Source: Dehalococcoidia bacterium
GTDB lineage: Bacteria > Chloroflexota > Dehalococcoidia > Lucifugimonadales > UBA1127
Direction: 5' to 3'
NCBI GenBank assembly: GCA_965247615.1
Contig: OZ252022.1
Coordinates: 2,093,395 to 2,157,394 of the forward strand
Length of the DNA: 64,000 bases
In this document: positions 60,661 to 64,000 of the stretch, piece by piece
How the letters are laid out: the number at the start of each line of letters is the position of its first letter
Position numbering within the stretch: position 1 is the stretch's first letter
Made by a program: the position numbers and the translations under genes
The notes under the pieces: model-generated
Databases searched by the model: none
Told to the model about the DNA's origin: nothing
Seen by the model: only the letters and a program-made list of their open reading frames with translations

Positions 60661-62781
60661 ATGCCCGATCTCCCCGGCCGCCTCGAGTTCTGGAACGTCG
60701 GCTACCCCGTCCTCGGCGCCCTGGTCTACCTCACCATCCTCATCGCCACAGCCGCCATCGCCTACGGCGCCTATCAGCGCTACCGCGTCTACCGCCTCGG
60801 TAAACCCATGCCCGACCTCGGCCCCTGGCGACGCCGCCTCGACAGCTCCTCTCGGCTCGCCTTCCTCGACGTTTTCGGCCATCGCCGCTTCCTCAAGCGC
60901 GAGCTCTACCCCGGCCTCATGCACTTCTTCCTATTCTGGGGCATGCTCTGGCTCTTCATCGCCACCACCGTCACCGCCCTCGAGTTCAACTGGCACAGCT
61001 ACGCCGCACCAACCCTCCGCTTCGAGTTCCCCACCGCCTACGCCCGCCCCTACACCGGCCTCCTCTGGGACATCCTCGGCGGAGGCCTCCTCTCCGCAGG
61101 CCTCCTCATGGCCATCCTCCGACGCTACGTCCTCAGGCCCCCGCGCCTCAACACCTTCATCGACGACGCCGTCATCCTCGGCCTCCTCACCGCCCTCACC
61201 GTCACCGGCTTCCTCATCGAGGGCCTCCGCATCGCCTCCACCACTCTGAACCCCCAGAGCACCCTCTACGACCCCGCCATCGCCCCCTGGGAGCCCATCG
61301 GCTACCTCGCCGCACTGGCCCTCCGCGGCCTCGGCCTCACCCCCGCCGCCGGCGAAATGACCCACTTCGCCATCTACTGGCTCCACGTCCTCATCTACGC
61401 CGCCGGCTTCGTCTACGTCGCCGTCAGCTTCAGCAAGCTCTCCCACATCTTCGTCAGCCCCGTCAACGCCTTCCTCCGCTCCGACCGCCCCCTCGGCGCC
61501 CTCCGCCCCATGGGCGACATGGAGACCCTCGAACGCTTCGGCGCCGCCGAGGTCACCGACCTCACCTGGAAGCAGGTCCTCGACTTCGACGCCTGCACCA
61601 ACTGCGGCCGGTGCCAGGACCAGTGCCCCGCCTACGCCAGCGGCAAGCCCCTCTCCCCGCGCAAGCTCATCCAGGACCTCAGGCTCTACACCCAAGCGCG
61701 CGCCCCCGCCCTCCTCGCAGCCGCCCCCGGCCAGGAGCCCCCGCCCCCCCAGACCTCAATGATCGACGCCGTCTCCGAGGACGTACTCTGGTCCTGCACG
61801 ACCTGCCGCGCCTGCATGGAGGCCTGCCCCGTCTTCATCGAGCACGTCGACACCATCGTCGACATGCGCCGCTACCTCGTCATGGAGCAGGCCAGCATGC
61901 CCGAAACCGCCCAGAACGCCCTCCTCAGCATGGAGCAGCGCGGCCACCCCTGGCGCGGCACCACCTACACCCGCACCGACTGGGCCCAGGGCATGGACGT
62001 CAACACCATCGCCCAGGACCCCGACGTCGACGTCCTCCTCTGGGTCGGCTGCACCGGCGCCCTCGAGCAGCGCTCCCAGGCCGTCCCACGCGCCCTCGCC
62101 TCCATCCTCAAGGTCGCCGGCGTCAAGTTCGCCATCCTCGGCGACGAGGAGACCTGCACCGGCGACCCTGCCCGCCGCATGGGCAACGAGTACCTCTTCC
62201 AGCTCCTCGCCAAGCAGAACATCGAAACCCTCCAGCGCCACAACGTCCGCCGCATCGTCACCCCCTGCCCCCACTGCTTCAACACCCTCCGCAACGAGTA
62301 CCCCCAGCTTGGCGGCGAGTTCGAGGTCATGCACGCCACCCAGTTCGTCAGCGAGCTCATCGCCCAGGGCCGCATCCGCCCCCTCCGCACCATCCAGACC
62401 ACCCTCGCCTACCACGACTCCTGCTACCTTGGCCGCCACAACGGCGTCTACGACCCGCCCCGCGACATCGCCCGCGCAATCCCCGGCGTCGACCTCGTCG
62501 AAATGGCCCCGCACCACCGCGAGCGCGGCTTCTGCTGCGGCGCAGGCGGCGGCCGCATGTGGATGGACGAAGCCGCGCCCCGCGTCAACCACATCCGCAC
62601 CGGCCACTTCCTCGAAACCGGCGCCCAGACCGTCGGCGTCTCCTGCCCCTTCTGCCTCCAGATGCTCACCGAGGGCATCAGCGCCAAGGGCCTCGAAGAC
62701 CAGCACCAGGCCAAGGACCTGATGGAGATCCTGGCGGACAGCCTGACGCCACCGGAAGCGCCCGCGCCACCATCGCCGTAG
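60661..62781 (+). CDS. Fused membrane cytochrome-b-like (NarI/HdrE/DsrM-type) domain + HdrD/DsrK-like Fe-S, CCG-domain oxidoreductase
   Basis: N-terminal about 250 aa with 5-6 TM helices. Then CTNCGRCQDQCP and CTTCRACMEACP ferredoxin motifs, and CCG motifs (…TPCPHCFNTL…, …GFCCGAGGG…, …SCPFCLQML). ATG 60661 inside ORF 60538..62781. Confidence 0.82.
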   Translation: MPDLPGRLEFWNVGYPVLGALVYLTILIATAAIAYGAYQRYRVYRLGKPMPDLGPWRRRLDSSSRLAFLDVFGHRRFLKRELYPGLMHFFLFWGMLWLFIATTVTALEFNWHSYAAPTLRFEFPTAYARPYTGLLWDILGGGLLSAGLLMAILRRYVLRPPRLNTFIDDAVILGLLTALTVTGFLIEGLRIASTTLNPQSTLYDPAIAPWEPIGYLAALALRGLGLTPAAGEMTHFAIYWLHVLIYAAGFVYVAVSFSKLSHIFVSPVNAFLRSDRPLGALRPMGDMETLERFGAAEVTDLTWKQVLDFDACTNCGRCQDQCPAYASGKPLSPRKLIQDLRLYTQARAPALLAAAPGQEPPPPQTSMIDAVSEDVLWSCTTCRACMEACPVFIEHVDTIVDMRRYLVMEQASMPETAQNALLSMEQRGHPWRGTTYTRTDWAQGMDVNTIAQDPDVDVLLWVGCTGALEQRSQAVPRALASILKVAGVKFAILGDEETCTGDPARRMGNEYLFQLLAKQNIETLQRHNVRRIVTPCPHCFNTLRNEYPQLGGEFEVMHATQFVSELIAQGRIRPLRTIQTTLAYHDSCYLGRHNGVYDPPRDIARAIPGVDLVEMAPHHRERGFCCGAGGGRMWMDEAAPRVNHIRTGHFLETGAQTVGVSCPFCLQMLTEGISAKGLEDQHQAKDLMEILADSLTPPEAPAPPSP

Positions 62782-62983
62782 AGGCGGGGTGGGGGGCCGT
62801 CGGAGGCAGGTGGGCGGCGGACCTGGTTTGAATGTTTGCGCCTGTATGATAGTCAAAGCTTTTTTTGCGGCTATTGAAGCTGAAGGGTGCAAAAAGGGTT
62901 GATTGATTGCTTTTGGGAGTCGCGCGGTAGCTTCGGCGTGGGTTGGCGTTTTGACTGTTGTTGCGGCGGGGGGCCGCCGGCAC

Positions 62984-63161
62984 GACGGCCTTGTAGGGGG
63001 AGGGTTGCGGGGTCGCAACGGGGGTGGGTAAGGGAATGAGGGTTGTGCAAAGGTCTCCTTGTGCAGGTCTGTTGCAGGAATTGTAGGGCGTATGGTCCTG
63101 CACGGGCAACGGGACGGTGGCACAGCGGGTCGCTGGCGTGACGGCCTTGTGGGGGGAGGGT
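62984..63161 (+). repeat. G-rich non-coding region with 22-nt direct repeats and G-quadruplex-type tracts
   Basis: GACGGCCTTGTAGGGGGAGGGT (62984-63005) and GACGGCCTTGTGGGGGGAGGGT (63140-63161). GGGGGTGGGTAAGGGAATGAGGG at 63020-63042. Hairpin GTTGCG-GGGT-CGCAAC at 63004-63019. Short tandem TTGTGCA(A)AGGTCT units at 63043-63075. Confidence 0.85.
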
Positions 63162-63222
63162 GTGCAGGACGGCGCGGGGCGGGGCATCCCCCACGACCCG
63201 CCCAATGCTGTATATTCTCCCT

Positions 63223-63366
63223 ATGACCACCTACCCCCACGTAGAGCACTACCACGAGAAACTGCGCCAGCTCATTGAGTTCGGCGGCTCCGACAACGAG
63301 CAGAGCATCCGCCGCGCCTTCGAAAGCTGCCTGACCGCCTACTGCCGCGAACACAGGGAGAAGTAG
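63223..63366 (+). pseudogene. 47-codon N-terminal fragment resembling the start of large fused restriction-modification (N6-adenine methyltransferase) proteins
   Basis: MTTYPHVEHYHEKLRQLIEFGGSDNEQSIRRAFESCLTAYCREHREK*. From memory, the …GGS.NE.SIR.AF..LL..Y pattern matches such N-termini. It ends at TAG 63364-63366, where sequence character changes. TATATT at 63211-63216 lies 6 nt before the ATG. Confidence 0.4.
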
Positions 63367-63579
63367 GCATCCGATTCCTACAGAGTATTAGTGCATGAGG
63401 CGGGCCACGTCTTGGGAATTCGGGGGATGGTGGGCGCAGTGGCTCAAGACTTAAATCATCCGCTGTTGATGGATTCGGTAGTGAGCTACGGCTCGGAAGA
63501 AGGATACACCTGTTCGTCTACACCCTTTGACGTCATGGCAGTTTATGCGATATATCAAACCAGGTTGCCCGTGCATTGA
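63367..63579 (+). pseudogene. Isolated zincin (HExxH) metalloprotease fragment
   Basis: …YRVLVHEAGHVLGIRG…DVMAVYAIYQ… The frame is open from the preceding TAG with no credible N-terminal domain or start. It is far too short for a protease. Confidence 0.45.
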
Positions 63580-64000
63580 ATCTGACGATCTCGCGCACGT
63601 TGATTGTTGTGTGGCTGGCGGTCGTATGTCTCACATCCGGCCTAATCTGGTCTTGTAAACCGGACACGTCCCCTGCGGAAGAGGCTGCTGTGTCCTCTAC
63701 CGAAGAGGCTGCTGTGTCCTCTACCGAAGGGGCTGCCACATCCCTTGCCGAAGGGGCTGCCTCCTCTCCTATCGACAAGACTTCTTCCATACCTGATACG
63801 CGTGATTCATCGGATATTGTAGCCCCCGACCACCTTTCCCTCATCAGGTGGGCCATCAAGCAACCCTGCGATATTCCGTTCGTGGCAAGGGAGCACGGGT
63901 ACTTCGGGGGGTTCCTCCATTGGACTCCGGACGGCGAGCAGCTGGTGTTTGACGACGATGACGTGATCGCTCTTGTAGATGAAGCAGGTCGGGAGGTGCG
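63576..64000 (+). CDS. Putative lipoprotein with Ala/Glu/Ser-rich tandem-repeat linker; continues beyond the right window edge
   Basis: Own translation from TTG 63576: MNLTISRTLIVVWLAVVCLTSGLIWSC|KPDTSPAEEAAVSSTEEAAVSSTEGAATSLAEGAASSPIDK…FLHWTPDGEQLVFDDDD… (TolB/propeller-like WxPDG). No in-frame stop up to 64000. Lower GC than the rest of the window. Confidence 0.6.
   Translation, partial: MNLTISRTLIVVWLAVVCLTSGLIWSCKPDTSPAEEAAVSSTEEAAVSSTEGAATSLAEGAASSPIDKTSSIPDTRDSSDIVAPDHLSLIRWAIKQPCDIPFVAREHGYFGGFLHWTPDGEQLVFDDDDVIALVDEAGREV
63678..63770 (+). repeat. In-frame 24-bp tandem repeat (two perfect + two diverged units)
   Basis: GAAGAGGCTGCTGTGTCCTCTACC x2 (63678-63725), then GAAGGGGCTGCCACATCCCTTGCC and GAAGGGGCTGCCTCCTCTCCT. 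Confidence 0.9.

Noticed and set aside
62828-62850. TTGAAT … TATGAT as a canonical -35/-10 pair
   Set aside because: The spacer is 11 nt. Only the TG-associated -10-like box might be functional, so it is not reported as a promoter feature.

Overview
GC-rich (about two-thirds G+C by eye) bacterial chromosomal segment. The gene content and an 11-gene nuo operon without nuoEFG suggest a Chloroflexota-like aerobe, but this is inference only. 1-17.2 kb is an accessory-looking oxidative/catabolic cluster. It holds VOC proteins, a Rieske oxygenase, an aldehyde dehydrogenase, a FIST protein, an NHL propeller and a Fur-family regulator with a NicO metal transporter. It also holds two roughly 70% identical bicupin paralogs bracketing a nitrilase and a thiolase/DUF35 pair, and an amidohydrolase. 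17.4-28.1 kb is nuoABCDHIJK-(64-aa DUF2007-like ORF)-LMN. Next come nadK, a decayed VOC pseudogene, a DUF4349/PKD lipoprotein, a 764-bp non-coding gap, yihY, a nitroreductase and a NUDIX hydrolase. These are followed by a three-gene type-E-like succinate dehydrogenase, lgt, recJ, fabF, a cyclase, an MBL hydrolase, an orphan XDH-family molybdopterin subunit coupled to a VOC gene, and a second amidohydrolase. After that lie one ISNCY/IS1202-like insertion sequence with 19-bp direct repeats, rsmD-coaD, polA and an FmdB zinc ribbon. Then come an unusual membrane-anchored coiled-coil/ER-type (S26B-like) signal peptidase fusion, a TIGR01906 membrane protein, mazG, a frameshifted sppA and a fused cytochrome-b/HdrD-like Fe-S oxidoreductase. 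The right edge has a G-rich repeat region, two gene fragments and a lower-GC lipoprotein gene. I found no rRNA, tRNA or CRISPR array. The most notable non-genic signal is a family of at least eight same-orientation intergenic repeats. They are built from a hairpin module (GCTCATGGTGAGGnCCTCGAACCA..TGAGC) and a CTAGC-centred GC-rich module (AGCCGCCGCGCTAGCGGCC). All functional calls rest on my reading of the translated ORFs and remembered family motifs; no database search was possible.
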